DNA of 64,000 nucleotides, from positions 7,020-71,019 of the forward strand of contig RGDM01000003.1 in the NCBI GenBank assembly GCA_009918675.1, written 5' to 3'. Both the position numbers and the translations under genes were made by a program. Source of the stretch: a bacterium. GTDB lineage: Bacteria > Bdellovibrionota_B > Oligoflexia > Silvanigrellales > Silvanigrellaceae. This document shows, piece after piece, positions 56,243 through 64,000 of the stretch (its first letter is position 1; every line of letters begins with the position of its first letter). The notes beneath the pieces are model-generated. The model made no database searches. It saw only the letters and a list, made by a program, of their open reading frames with translations, and was not told the DNA's origin.

Positions 56243-57386
56243 CTTGTCTTCATGGCTGAAAAACTTGGTTTTGCTCTTGAGTCTACTTGGCGCGGCGTCT
56301 CTGCCGCGTTTTGCTGTCGCAGTCGAAAAATCTGCTGTGATTGAATCAGCGAATCAGCAGTATTTCGAGTTCAAAGAGCCAGGACTTGAATTTACCATTA
56401 AAGTTCCTCCGCAGTGGCTTGTTGAAGCTGGCTCTGCCGGATATGCGGCCGTTCTTAGGCCATCGCCATCAGCTCCACGTGCGAAGCTACCAGGCGGACT
56501 TCGAGCGGATCCGAAGCTGACGATTGCGGCCTCGAAAAAGCCAATTCGATTTGATGCCGAAAGTCTCGAGCAAACCGCAAAAGAAATTGAAGAACGATTC
56601 ATTCTAGTGAATGGTTCGGGCACCGATTTTCAGGTCTTTCAGAAGAATCTTCTTGATGATTTGCCTGAGGGGCAGAAGGGATTTCTTTACTACGTTTCAT
56701 ACAAGACTGAAGGCGCTGAAGTTGGTCAAGCGATTCTCATCACCGGCAGTGAATCCGGTCGATTCCGTGTCACACTTTCCGACCATCGGCTCAATTTTGA
56801 TAAAAACCTTGAGCTTTATTATCCCTACATGACTTCGCTCCGCTTTCAGAAGTCTGGTAGCTCCGCTCAGAATGGGCTTTTCCGGTTAGACGGCTCATTG
56901 CTGCTTTGGGCATCAGGCGTCTTGCTTGCTGGGGTTATTTTAGGACTTCGCGCGCGAATTAGACGTACGCATGAATCGACCATCAAAAGCCGACACAATA
57001 AGCTCAATCGCAAGAGCAAGGCTCAAAGTGACGATTTGTCGGCTGCTCCATCGACCGAAGTTTCCGTGTCTCCGATGACGTCAATATCCGTAAGTGAATT
57101 TGCTTCTGCTGCCCCGTCGAGTCTTGCCTCGTCCGCGCGTGAAGGATCGGAATATCCGCTGTCTGAAATAAGCATTGCCGAGCAAGTGAAATCTAATTCG
57201 AGAGAAGAGGTTGAACCGGTGTTTTCACTGAGCGATTTATCGTCGCCGCCGCAAAGCATTCCGTTGAGTCAATTGGTGGATGAAAACTCTGCCCCTCCAG
57301 ATCTGAAAAAACAATGGAAGATTTCACAGTTTGATGAAAAAAAAGGCTCGGAACGCGAGTCCGAGTCGAGAAAAAAGAACCAATAA
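56232..57386 (+). CDS. Membrane-anchored hypothetical protein: signal peptide, extracytoplasmic domain, one TM, Ser-rich cytoplasmic tail
   Basis: MSFNLSSWLKNLVLLLSLLGAASLPRFAVA signal and TM LLLWASGVLLAGVILGL. 11-nt overlap with the upstream gene. Confidence 0.55.
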   Translation: MSFNLSSWLKNLVLLLSLLGAASLPRFAVAVEKSAVIESANQQYFEFKEPGLEFTIKVPPQWLVEAGSAGYAAVLRPSPSAPRAKLPGGLRADPKLTIAASKKPIRFDAESLEQTAKEIEERFILVNGSGTDFQVFQKNLLDDLPEGQKGFLYYVSYKTEGAEVGQAILITGSESGRFRVTLSDHRLNFDKNLELYYPYMTSLRFQKSGSSAQNGLFRLDGSLLLWASGVLLAGVILGLRARIRRTHESTIKSRHNKLNRKSKAQSDDLSAAPSTEVSVSPMTSISVSEFASAAPSSLASSAREGSEYPLSEISIAEQVKSNSREEVEPVFSLSDLSSPPQSIPLSQLVDENSAPPDLKKQWKISQFDEKKGSERESESRKKNQ

Positions 57387-57416
57387 ATACGCAACAAATA
57401 TTTTTCGTGAAATTGA

Positions 57417-58508
57417 CTATCGAGAGAACCTAAAGTCTCTGCGGCTCACTTTAACTTTGCTTCTTTCGGTGCGCAGATATTCGTCGAGCCGCTCTCTGAA
57501 TTTCACGTCAAGAAGTTTTGCTTCGAATTGAGGTCGAAGTTTTTCATATTCTTTTTGGTCACCAATCTCTGTTCCGAGATATTCAAAAAAGAAAATCGAT
57601 GAACCCAATTCAATGGGACCGACAACCAATGGAGGCGTCTTGCCTTTCAGGCGAGTTCGAAGTTTCTCGGGTAACTCGGTCATTGGTCGGGGGGGCAAAA
57701 GACCTTTGTTTTTTATTGCATCTTTGGCCTCAGAATAAATTTGCACGAGGTCGGCAAACGAACGACCCGCATCAACATCTCTGCGCACTGATTCAATATT
57801 TCGCTTTTTAGTTTGCAGCTCCTCGTTCGAGAGACCCGCAGGAATTTCAATCATCAAGCTACGCAAACGAACGAGTTGGGTTTTGTCTTTTTCAATATTC
57901 TGTTGAAGATAATAACCTCTGACCTGATCTTCTGTCACAGAAACAAGCGGTCGGATCACTCGCCCGATAAAACGTTGTGTTTCAATCTGTCTTCTAAATT
58001 CCTCGCGGTGACTGTCAGGAGTCTCGCCTTCGGCGCGAAGAATTTCGTGAAATTTCTCTTCAGATATGTTCTGTCCTTGAAGAAAACTTCTCAGCTCACT
58101 ATCAAGCTCGTCCTCGCTCAAATTAAGCCCGAGCTCACGGACGCGCAGAGTCAGAATCTTCTGATTGATCAACTGCTCAAGAATCTGCTCGGCATCGGCG
58201 GGAGTTAAATTTCCTCCAGTCAATTGGCCTTGTGAAAGAAGGCGGGTTTGTTTCTGGGTTGATAGGTATATTGCTCGCTGCAATTCGCTCAGCAAAAGTG
58301 GTTCGTCTGCAATAGTCACCAACACGCCGTCAATTGTATTTGCGTTCAGTGACGAAGCTGAGGCGTCTTTTTGCGCGGCGGGAGCGGTTTGCTTCGCAAC
58401 CTGAGGCAACTTGTCCGATGCCGTGGCCGACAGATTGAAAAAAGCAATGAGTGCAAATGTCGAGCAATAGAATGAAACTTTGTTCAAGAGGCGTGGCAGC
58501 GCGAACAT
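57417..58508 (-). CDS. SurA-like periplasmic chaperone / parvulin-type PPIase
   Basis: Signal peptide MFALPRLLNKVSFYCSTFALIAFFNLSATA, a SurA-N-like helical region, and a parvulin-like segment (GRSFADLVQIYSEAKDAIKNKGLL...GPIELGSSIFFFEYLG). True start is ATG 58508. Confidence 0.65.
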   Translation of the reverse strand: MFALPRLLNKVSFYCSTFALIAFFNLSATASDKLPQVAKQTAPAAQKDASASSLNANTIDGVLVTIADEPLLLSELQRAIYLSTQKQTRLLSQGQLTGGNLTPADAEQILEQLINQKILTLRVRELGLNLSEDELDSELRSFLQGQNISEEKFHEILRAEGETPDSHREEFRRQIETQRFIGRVIRPLVSVTEDQVRGYYLQQNIEKDKTQLVRLRSLMIEIPAGLSNEELQTKKRNIESVRRDVDAGRSFADLVQIYSEAKDAIKNKGLLPPRPMTELPEKLRTRLKGKTPPLVVGPIELGSSIFFFEYLGTEIGDQKEYEKLRPQFEAKLLDVKFRERLDEYLRTERSKVKVSRRDFRFSR

Positions 58509-58581
58509 AGCTTGAACCTTTCCTTCCAAAATCAAAAAACTTTGGAATACGACGCATATCCTTAGTCCTGGAGGAGGCAGC

Positions 58582-60627
58582 TTATTCTGACACGTGTGGC
58601 TTGTACAGCGGGGCGAGGGCATCGAAGTCGACCCATTCTCCCTCACCTTTGCGGCGGCTTAACCAATGCGCAAAAAGTTCGAGGTCATTGCAAATATCAT
58701 CAGTGAAATCGATGCACTGATCGGCACCCTTCAGCTCATCGTTGAATGGAAGCATTAAGCGGGTAAAAAAACGGCTCGAGCGGAGCTTGTCAGCTTCCTC
58801 CACGGGAAGCTTAAGTTGCTGGCGAATTATGCCACGGATCACCACGGCAACATCGAGCTCTTTTGTATCGGTATTCGTGAGCACGGCCAGGCCAGTCTTG
58901 GGGAACACCGACGCAGGGAAAGCATAGCCCTCTGCACGGAGAGCCTTAATGAGGTCAATCTTTTGTGAAATTCTTCGCCGTGCAATAGGGTTAAAGATAT
59001 TTCCAATTGAATTTTTGCTCACAATCAAGCGTTCTATTTCTTTATCATATTGGCCGAAAACCACCGACAGCAAATGTGTCAGCAACTCTGCCCGATCGGC
59101 CATGGCAAGGTTGGGGTCATGGTACGGCCACAGAGTGATGAGTTCTTCAAGCCGCTTACGAACAACCTTGGGTTGATCGAGTGGGCCAAAGAACCATCCC
59201 GTTCCCGTTATCAAATGCCCCATGTGAACGGGTAAACGTTTGCTGTCAGCGCTGCGATTCAACTTATATTTTGGATTCTTCACGGCATTCACAATGCGGC
59301 GTGTTTTTCGAATCGGAACCTTTAAGCTTTCGCGAGCCGCCGAAGCCAAGTGCGCATAAACATACTGATTGCGCTCGTGTTCGGGCAATCCTGCTCTGCT
59401 GGAACCAGAGTCTGTTTCAACTTCTTGTTCGGCAGAGTAGAGAAGAAAACCACTGTTGCGAACGACCTCTGTAGCATATGGGCGAGGATAGGGAATCGTT
59501 GAAGGATGATTCTCCCAATATTCCAGGAGGTCATCTGGAATAAGAATCTGTGCCGTGTTGTCGGCACGCCCCTCAAATTTGCGCGGATCAACAGAAAGTT
59601 CGAGCTTTCTGAGCTCCTTCTTTTCCTGCAGAAGCGCAGCTAAGAAATGCGCACTTCGCTCGAATTTGAAGTCGGTTACATCAACAAGAAGTCGATTGAA
59701 ATCGCGCTCGTCGCTCAGCTCGGTGACGTTCATCAGTGAGCGGCGTATGTTTGAGGTTGCAGACAAATAGGTTACTTCTCGCGAGGAGTTGAACAGATAA
59801 AGCAAGCCAGGTGTTGCCGGTGCTTTTTCAACGTGATGCGAGAGAAGGCCTGGGCCCAGACGGCTGAGAGTTTGATTGTCTGCCTGAATCTTCAGAAGGT
59901 CTTCAACCGACTTGAAGCCATTTTTTTCACAAACTTTGTTTATCTCCCAAAAGACATCGCGGGTCATTTCCGCATCAGCCATCGCCCGGTGAGCGTTTCC
60001 AACCGGGAGTCCAAAATAATTTGCGACTCCTGAAAGGCTCTTCACGGGAATATTGGGGAGATAATTTGAGACAAGGAGATGCGTACAAACGTAGAAATTT
60101 GCCAGTTCTTTGGCGCGTAGCGCGCGAGCATAGTGTGCGATAAATGAAAAATCATTCAAAACACCATGCGACACAAGCACACTGTCGCCCAAAAAAGCCA
60201 GAAGATCATCAACAACGTCCTCAATCACGGGCGCATCGCGGACCATACTTTGATCAATTCCGGTGATTTCTCTCACCGGTCTTGGAATGTGCCTTCGGGG
60301 GTTAACCAGTGTTTGAAAACGACCAATCTCTTTACCATCTTGTTCTTTGATGGCTGCAATTTCGATAACTTCACTATTTGAAGGGTTCCCACCCGTGGTT
60401 TCCAGGTCGAAGAAAACAAACTGCAATTGGCGAGGAGATTTCAGTAACCATGAGGGGCGGTTTGAGTTTGGAACCGGCGCGTGCCGCGGTCCACGAACTG
60501 CGGGCGAGCGCTCGGCAGCAGAGCGTTTGCGCGTCTCCTGGGTTTTCTGCCGTGTCCGTTCTTGATCAAGACTCAAAGCCGCAATTTCCTCGGTACGTTG
60601 GAAGGTCCAATACCGAGCCTCTCCCAT
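58582..60627 (-). CDS. DnaQ-like DEDDh 3'-5' exonuclease fused to a degenerate GIY-YIG-like module and a ~330-aa unknown C-terminal region
   Basis: Exo motifs FVFFDLETTGG, VSHGVLNDFSF and HRAMADAEMT. These are followed by PGLLYLFNSSREVTYLSATSNIRRSL...AALLQEKKELRKL, which is UvrC/Cho-N-like. Confidence 0.7.
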   Translation of the reverse strand: MGEARYWTFQRTEEIAALSLDQERTRQKTQETRKRSAAERSPAVRGPRHAPVPNSNRPSWLLKSPRQLQFVFFDLETTGGNPSNSEVIEIAAIKEQDGKEIGRFQTLVNPRRHIPRPVREITGIDQSMVRDAPVIEDVVDDLLAFLGDSVLVSHGVLNDFSFIAHYARALRAKELANFYVCTHLLVSNYLPNIPVKSLSGVANYFGLPVGNAHRAMADAEMTRDVFWEINKVCEKNGFKSVEDLLKIQADNQTLSRLGPGLLSHHVEKAPATPGLLYLFNSSREVTYLSATSNIRRSLMNVTELSDERDFNRLLVDVTDFKFERSAHFLAALLQEKKELRKLELSVDPRKFEGRADNTAQILIPDDLLEYWENHPSTIPYPRPYATEVVRNSGFLLYSAEQEVETDSGSSRAGLPEHERNQYVYAHLASAARESLKVPIRKTRRIVNAVKNPKYKLNRSADSKRLPVHMGHLITGTGWFFGPLDQPKVVRKRLEELITLWPYHDPNLAMADRAELLTHLLSVVFGQYDKEIERLIVSKNSIGNIFNPIARRRISQKIDLIKALRAEGYAFPASVFPKTGLAVLTNTDTKELDVAVVIRGIIRQQLKLPVEEADKLRSSRFFTRLMLPFNDELKGADQCIDFTDDICNDLELFAHWLSRRKGEGEWVDFDALAPLYKPHVSE

Positions 60628-60642
60628 AATCTTCCAGACGGG

Positions 60643-61653
60643 TCAACCGCTGATTTTTCTCCGTTTACTCAGGAGGGTACGGCGAATTGGTGTACCGCCA
60701 CCCACGGCCATGGGGAGATGTTCTTCTAGGCTATTGGCAAAGAGTGTTACAACGTCGCCCTCTTTGCACAGAAATGAGCTGGGAAAATAGGAGAGGGCTT
60801 CGGGTAGCAGTTTGGCTTTTAGTATTTGATCGCTAGCATCGGGGTCATGGTGAAAAAGGCCGAAAGATTTCACTTCAGCCATGGCCGCAATCTCGGCACC
60901 ACGGCGGGCTGTTGAATGCCCCCAACCCTTTTTACCTGCCAAATAAATCTCATCCGTGTAGGTTGTGTCGAAAAGGAACAAATTGGCATTCCGCGAGAAT
61001 GCGGCAAGTGACAAATCTGCATCAGTTCCGTGTTCATGATCGGTTGCATAGACCACGCTCATGCTCAAATCTTGGTCCCAGATTCGGTACGCATAGGCCT
61101 GTTGAGGATGAAAAAGCTCGTGCGCGATCACCACCAGCGAACCCACCTCGAAGGGTGAACCAGGCACAACTGTGTGAAAATGCAGGTTGTGTCGGCTGGG
61201 GAGCTGCCGGTACTCGACCGGGAAGAACGGAAACGAGAAGATTTTCTCGACGATTGAGTGCAGTTCCATGCCGCCTTTGCTCTGACCATGGAAATGTATC
61301 TCAACATCCGGCCGAAACAGCGGCGCAAAGCGCGTCAGCCCCATGATGTGGTCGTAGTGGAAGTGGCTCAGAAGAATGTGAAAAACTTTTTGCCCACGGG
61401 CGAGCGCTTTGTCGCCGTAACCTACAAGCCCAGTGCCTGCATCTAAAGCCAGCGATGTCAGAGAGTTGGGCTGATCGCTGGGGTGATGCGAGACTTCCAC
61501 ACAGGATGTATTACCGCCAAATTCGGCAAACTGAAGACCAGGAGAGGGCAGGGTTCCTCGGACACCCCAAAAAGTCACCTGCACCGCGCCGCCACTGCCC
61601 TTAGAGAGCGCGCCTTTTTCTTCCAGTGTTTTTCGCGGCATTGCTTTCGCCAC
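60643..61653 (-). CDS. MBL-fold metallo-hydrolase
   Basis: HILLSHFHYDHIMGL (HxHxDH) and VTFWGVRGTLPSPG...GGNTSCVEV; 336 aa. Confidence 0.8.
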   Translation of the reverse strand: MAKAMPRKTLEEKGALSKGSGGAVQVTFWGVRGTLPSPGLQFAEFGGNTSCVEVSHHPSDQPNSLTSLALDAGTGLVGYGDKALARGQKVFHILLSHFHYDHIMGLTRFAPLFRPDVEIHFHGQSKGGMELHSIVEKIFSFPFFPVEYRQLPSRHNLHFHTVVPGSPFEVGSLVVIAHELFHPQQAYAYRIWDQDLSMSVVYATDHEHGTDADLSLAAFSRNANLFLFDTTYTDEIYLAGKKGWGHSTARRGAEIAAMAEVKSFGLFHHDPDASDQILKAKLLPEALSYFPSSFLCKEGDVVTLFANSLEEHLPMAVGGGTPIRRTLLSKRRKISG

Positions 61654-61779
61654 AGGAACCCTTTCTCGCAGTTACCAGGGTATCGGAAGGTTGGCCGCAG
61701 ACTTTCGCTGTTTTAGTCAGAGCGAGCCAAAAACCAGTTGCCATGGAGGAATTTTGGCGGCTATGCAGTCCAAGAGTCT

Positions 61780-61793
61780 AGGTCAAGTGACCT
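61780..61793. promoter_or_regulatory. Palindrome AGGTCA-AG-TGACCT in a divergent intergenic region (possible operator)
   Basis: 6-bp inverted repeat 48 nt upstream of the 61841 start. Confidence 0.2.
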
Positions 61794-61840
61794 GAAAGAA
61801 GAGACAAAATCTGACGACAGACAGGTGGCAAGACATCACT

Positions 61841-63748
61841 ATGAGAGAATTCTCCGGTTCGGAATCGCAATCCGAGGGCAAATCATCTTCTGCAGAGGTC
61901 TCGCTTGTCGCGGAGCGACTGCAACGTGAAATTGATTCACTTGATGCAGTGGGTTTCAAGACTCAAGCGTGGAAAACACACGGCGAAAGCAATTCAATCG
62001 CGCTCGCACCGCTTGACGTAAATTGGCTGATAACACAGCCCAAACTTCCTTATCTGGTTCAGCTCGTTCCCCCTTATCTTCTCTATCGCAGTCTTCAGCA
62101 ACATGGATTGGAAGATTCGCTTGAGGTCATCGATTATATTCGTGGTGAAGCTCTTGTGCGCCTTCTCGATTATGATCTCTGGGTCAATTCTGACGGTGAT
62201 GCAGGGGTGTTGTCACCGAGTGAGGATCTCTCTGCAGATCGTTTTCTACAATGGATTCGCTTGTGGAATGAAATCTCCCCAGACTTTGCCGCGGAGCGAG
62301 TTCTCGAGCTTGACGAGGAAGTTATCACGGGATGTTTATCGGCGCTCTGCGAAATAGTTCCTGTTGGTCTCAATCGCCAGCAAGAAGAACTCACCGATGA
62401 TTATTGGATGACCCCCGATAACAAATTCGGCATCAAACTTAAAACAAGCGGAACCACTGATTTCGAAATTTTTCATCAGTTTGTTCACTCTCTCTACAGC
62501 AAAAATATTCGCCTGGCACAATCGCTTCTCGCACACTCGGCGATGTTGATTCGCGAAGAAACAGTTGAAGAGGCGCGGCGCTGGCGTCTTGGTCGACTTG
62601 AAGATCAGGGCTTTATGCCTGTTGATGAAGCTCGCGAGATGCTCACTCCCAAAAGCCACAAACAGATCTCGGAACTTGTGCAACGAGCTATGACCCGTGA
62701 AATGGAAAAAGTAACGCCAACAACCACGGGCGAATTTTCCCATCCAACCCATACAACTTTTGTTGATGAAGATGCATGTGACCAAATCCGAGAGCACATT
62801 CGCACTCTCGACGGCGAAGATCTGCGCACTGAAATTGAAAGCGTCCTTGGCGGTGCTGAAATCCTTCGTCTTGTTGGAAACGCAACGCCACAAACAGAAA
62901 TTTTAATTCAAGATGAAGATGTTATTGACGCGTTTGTGCAAAAGGTTGTTGGCGAAACCAATCAGCTATTGCTCTCACTTGAGTTTCACAAAGCACGCGA
63001 AGTCAATGCTCGAAAAGCCGCTGACTCAGACCTTCTCATTGATCGAGTCATGCATCAGTTGCTGTCCGATTTTCCGCAACTTGCTCTCGAGTGGAAGACG
63101 CGTTTGGCGCGAACAACCAATGGGGTTGCGGCTGCATTTGGAGCGACAACCGAGTCATCAGATTTGGAGCGTGTGCTTTCAGCTGTGCGCGGTTGTTTGA
63201 ATGTTGCCCTCGAAAAACTCGTGAAAAACCCAGAATCGGCGGGGATATCAGCAGAATTTCTCTCTGAAAATTCAGAGGCCGCGATACGCGCACTCAATAT
63301 TGCAAAAATTCTAGGCCCCGAAGTCCTCTTTCAGGTTGGTTGGCAGACTCTGCAGGACCTCTCCATGGATGCTCTGCAAAATCTGGTTCTTTTTGTTGGA
63401 AGAGATGAACTTCTTAACAAGAAAATTGCGCTCAATTACGCCGTCCGTTTGTCTGACGGAGAGACAATTCACTTATCAGTTTTCCAGCTTTTAAGCCGTG
63501 GACGTTATTTGGAAGTTCGCAACTGGTTGCGCGGATTCAGCGGTCTACTGGACCCGGCCATCGAACGTGTTTTGCTTGCCACTGTTAATCGTTTGCCAGT
63601 TTTTCCGATGATATTATTGGAGGCAGACGGTGCGACTCGTGGTTCAGCAGCGGTGAAGCCGTTTGAAACAATTGAAGAGCTTGAAAAAACAAGATCTTTT
63701 TTTGCAAATCTTGGCGTCATTAGCCTTACCATGAGCCGGAGGGATTGA
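61841..63748 (+). CDS. Large conserved-looking hypothetical protein (635 aa, acidic, helical)
   Basis: Long uninterrupted ORF with ordinary composition and no motif I can name. Confidence 0.6.
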   Translation: MREFSGSESQSEGKSSSAEVSLVAERLQREIDSLDAVGFKTQAWKTHGESNSIALAPLDVNWLITQPKLPYLVQLVPPYLLYRSLQQHGLEDSLEVIDYIRGEALVRLLDYDLWVNSDGDAGVLSPSEDLSADRFLQWIRLWNEISPDFAAERVLELDEEVITGCLSALCEIVPVGLNRQQEELTDDYWMTPDNKFGIKLKTSGTTDFEIFHQFVHSLYSKNIRLAQSLLAHSAMLIREETVEEARRWRLGRLEDQGFMPVDEAREMLTPKSHKQISELVQRAMTREMEKVTPTTTGEFSHPTHTTFVDEDACDQIREHIRTLDGEDLRTEIESVLGGAEILRLVGNATPQTEILIQDEDVIDAFVQKVVGETNQLLLSLEFHKAREVNARKAADSDLLIDRVMHQLLSDFPQLALEWKTRLARTTNGVAAAFGATTESSDLERVLSAVRGCLNVALEKLVKNPESAGISAEFLSENSEAAIRALNIAKILGPEVLFQVGWQTLQDLSMDALQNLVLFVGRDELLNKKIALNYAVRLSDGETIHLSVFQLLSRGRYLEVRNWLRGFSGLLDPAIERVLLATVNRLPVFPMILLEADGATRGSAAVKPFETIEELEKTRSFFANLGVISLTMSRRD

Positions 63749-64000
63749 ATGCAAAAGCTTATCTATCGAAGCGTAAATGAAGTTAAACCTGTCTGGAGCA
63801 CGGCAGAACTGCAAAAAATTTCTTCACTCATGAACGTGAAATATCGGGCACTGCTCAACAATGAGCAGTTTCAAGTGGAGTCCGGCACGGATTCAAATCA
63901 GGTACAGATCAAAGTCACGCTCGAAAGCAGCGACAAGAGCATGTTTTACCCGATTGAATTGATCCACATTCTTGACTCTCGCGAAGGTGAGTCTCAGCTG
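63749..64000 (+). CDS. Partial CDS (N-terminal 84 codons, runs off right edge), hypothetical
   Basis: ATG 63749 immediately follows the TGA of the previous gene (TGAATG). The frame stays open to the window end (MQKLIYRSVNEVKPVWSTAELQK...). Confidence 0.5.
   Translation, partial: MQKLIYRSVNEVKPVWSTAELQKISSLMNVKYRALLNNEQFQVESGTDSNQVQIKVTLESSDKSMFYPIELIHILDSREGESQL

Noticed and set aside
58524-58547. Hairpin TTCCAAA-N10-TTTGGAA between the exonuclease gene and the SurA-like gene
   Set aside because: The 7-bp AT-rich stem has no U-tract. It partly overlaps the RBS, but I have no evidence for a regulatory role.

Overview
Largely core-genome chromosomal segment of a Gram-negative bacterium, roughly 50% GC by eye. 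A bactofilin gene next to parAB, prkA, an atpFHAGDC operon without atpBE, and a very long FtsZ linker fit a Bdellovibrionota/Myxococcota-type lineage, but I cannot assign taxonomy from sequence alone. Left to right: partial MBL-like gene; lipid kinase; RpoH-like sigma factor overlapping a btuFCD-type ABC importer; tRNA-Arg(ACG) and tRNA-Ser(GCU); tadA; GHMP sugar kinase; truncated glmU plus glmS; 991-aa S41 protease; FG-GAP protein; prkA; PIN-PhoH; uppP; bactofilin-parB-parA with two parS sites; orphan Fis-type HTH protein; atpF(b'-b fusion)-H-A-G-D-C; glycosyltransferase pair. A tightly packed dcw cluster follows on the minus strand (rsmH-ftsL-ftsI-murE-mraY-murD-ftsW-murC-ftsQ-ftsA-ftsZ). 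Then: LysM lipoprotein; murU-like and amgK-like genes split by a 3-gene opposite-strand insert; a degenerate UvrA paralogue followed by a TPR/PUA-like protein and a membrane protein; SurA-like PPIase; DnaQ-exonuclease/GIY-YIG-like fusion; MBL hydrolase; two unknown proteins. I saw no CRISPR array, rRNA, transposase or integrase. No recognisable defence or mobile system is present. The best leads for something undescribed are: (1) the UvrA paralogue lacking the insertion domain, with a dead second ATPase site, and its two downstream genes; (2) the three-gene cassette splitting amgK/murU; (3) glmU lacking its acetyltransferase domain; (4) the in-frame b'-b ATP synthase stator fusion; (5) parA-parB-bactofilin with a parS pair over the promoter of an orphan HTH gene. 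All functional calls come from motif reading by eye; no searches were run.
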